Below are positions 62,051 to 64,000 of a stretch of DNA of 64,000 bases, one piece after another; within the stretch, counting starts at the first letter, position 1; the number at the start of each line of letters is the position of its first letter. Made by a program: the position numbers and the translations under genes. Origin of the DNA: Carcharhinus longimanus (lineage: Eukaryota); the NCBI GenBank assembly GCA_030264375.1, contig JASCQW010000168.1, positions 12,167,988 through 12,231,987 on the forward strand, in the 5' to 3' direction. The notes beneath the pieces are model-generated. The model was not told where the DNA came from and did not search any database. It was given only the letters and a program-made list of their open reading frames with translations.

Positions 62051-64000
62051 ATCATGGTAACCTTCTGATATAGTGTTGACTCACATATGAGGAACGCTTG
62101 CATGCATTTTTTGTTAGCATACAGGCTAAATGTTCCAGATGGCACTACTATTTAAAACCATTTCTTCTCATCAGTGCCATCATAGAAGTTTGTGAATGAT
62201 TTTCTAAACTTTTTAGTAAAGGATTTTTTTTCTTGGTGAATAATTTTCTACCATGTTTATTGATGATGCTGAGTCATGAGGCTGAATTTTATATTGTGAA
62301 AGTGGAATATCCAGCTTGTGAACCCAATGTCATCATGGCAGCTGTGCAAAAATACATTTGGTGGGCAGGCTCCAAAATCGATAGCCTGCCTTCCATTCTG
62401 AAATTGATCATTAAAGGCTGTTAAAGCTAGTTATCTGTCAAATTGACTGCAATAAAACATTCTAGTGCTAAATTTGAATGGCGCATAACCAATGGAAAGC
62501 ACAATTTCTTTCAGGGTTTCATGAAAGCTTAGATATAAAGGCTGGGAGTGGACAAGTCCAAACTTGCATTTAGCAGGAGAATCTGTTGATATTAATTTCT
62601 TACAGAATTCTTTGGTGTCCATAAACCTCTGATCACAATCAGGGCTATCATTCAGGGGAATGTTTAAAATGTTGGTATTCCTGTCATCTTTGAGCAGCTT
62701 GTGGTGATAAACAATGTCCCTGTGGGCATTATACGTTCTGTGGGAGGTACCTCCTTCAATGAAGACGAGAAGGGAAGGAGAAGGCCAGCTGTCCAGAACA
62801 ACAGCGGGCATTAGTTTGCAGAAGGTATACAAATTAATGAGGAATCAGGGGCTGTGGAGAAGAGGCAAGTTCAGGCATAGCCTCTTTGGAAATAGGCAAA
62901 GATAGTATCCTGCCAATTGCACTGACAGGGTGTGAATGCTATCTTCATACCTACTTCCCACAACCTTCATAACTCCTGTTGCCATACAGAGTGGCATTTA
63001 TGCATCATGCACCTTACATACTTGGGCAACTCTCAAGACAATGCCATAATGGACCCAGAACACATCTTCCGTTTGTGCCAATCTTGCAGGTCTCAGAAGA
63101 GTATTGAGCTGTTTGCAACACTAAAGCTAGGTTTCTTGGACGACCTGAAAGTTGCTAACCTTCTCTGTGACTACCATCCTGGCTGGTTTGTCAGACTGGA
63201 AGGTCTCCTCTTCTGGTCAGGAGCTATGAGGCCCCTCCTGCCAATCACTTACAGCCAGTAGGAGGGCTTGTGGGGAATTATCATCAAATCTTGGGACCGT
63301 CCTTGATCATTTGCTCTCCATATCTCCTGACTCCATTCTCTTGGAAATCTGTGGTGAGAGAAGCAGTTAACAGCCTGATTAACCCCAGAAATACTTGATT
63401 TAATCTGGGTTATGGGTTAGCTGCATTCCAATGCTGTTTTGGCACACAATGTTGTGTGCACAGACATGGTGGGCCAAAAGGCCTGTTCCGGTGATGTTTT
63501 TTGTTCTCCTTAGGAAAGGTCCTGAATGCTTCCCAACTAGAAGAATAGTCATACACATTTCTAAATAATCACTTACCTACTGCAATGGTTTAAATAAATT
63601 CAAAATCTCCACCACAGTGGGCCAATACCCCCACATGATGATTTCTAGTGTAGCTGCCATAATCCCGTTGAAGGGCTCCATTTAACTGAGTGGTGTGACC
63701 TCCTTCAGGGTCACAGCCTCTCTGTCCTCAGACAGCTTTCATCAGCTGATTGGACGTGCTGTCCGCCATTGCCCAATGCTGTTGGCCAGCTCCTTGCCAG
63801 ATGTATTATTTGCCATTTTTCAAAGTCATGAGTCGACTATCTACTGAATCCAGAATGGACTTCTGACTACCACCAAGGTACATAAACTGCAGCCCATGGA
63901 AACTATATGAAAAGCAGATATAATGTAACTGAACACAGACTCTGTTCTGCAGCACCAGAGTGAGGCCCTCTGTATGAGTTCATTTGATATCATTAATGGG

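Noticed and set aside
62720-63360. Possible decayed integrase-like sequence
   Set aside because: No convincing catalytic or zinc-binding motif could be read in any frame.

Overview
This is vertebrate genomic DNA. The repeat set (HE1-like V-SINEs, HER1/CR1 LINEs, a Deu-domain SINE) points to a shark or other elasmobranch, which is an inference. There are 8 N-gaps. The only host coding sequence I can support is two consecutive + strand exons of LRMDA (C10orf11), 56574-56700 and 57812-57951, joined by a 1111-nt minor-spliceosome (U12) AT-AC intron. The ORF track misses both exons. The rest appears to be LRMDA intron and is dense with decayed mobile elements: many CR1 and other LINE fragments, tRNA-SINEs, a Rex/Babar 3' end, a ~4.3-kb Gypsy relic, a convergent pair of Gypsy deletion derivatives, a Harbinger transposase relic with related MITEs, a possible DIRS RT relic, and Penelope-type tails carrying minimal hammerhead-ribozyme motifs. 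Repeat-poor blocks between them are candidate conserved enhancers. I found no intact, clearly novel protein-coding system. The best second-look items are the AT-AC intron, the hammerhead motifs, the inverted Gypsy structure, two fold-back hairpins and the candidate conserved non-coding elements. Repeat boundaries are estimated by eye and family names come from recalled consensus motifs, not a database search.
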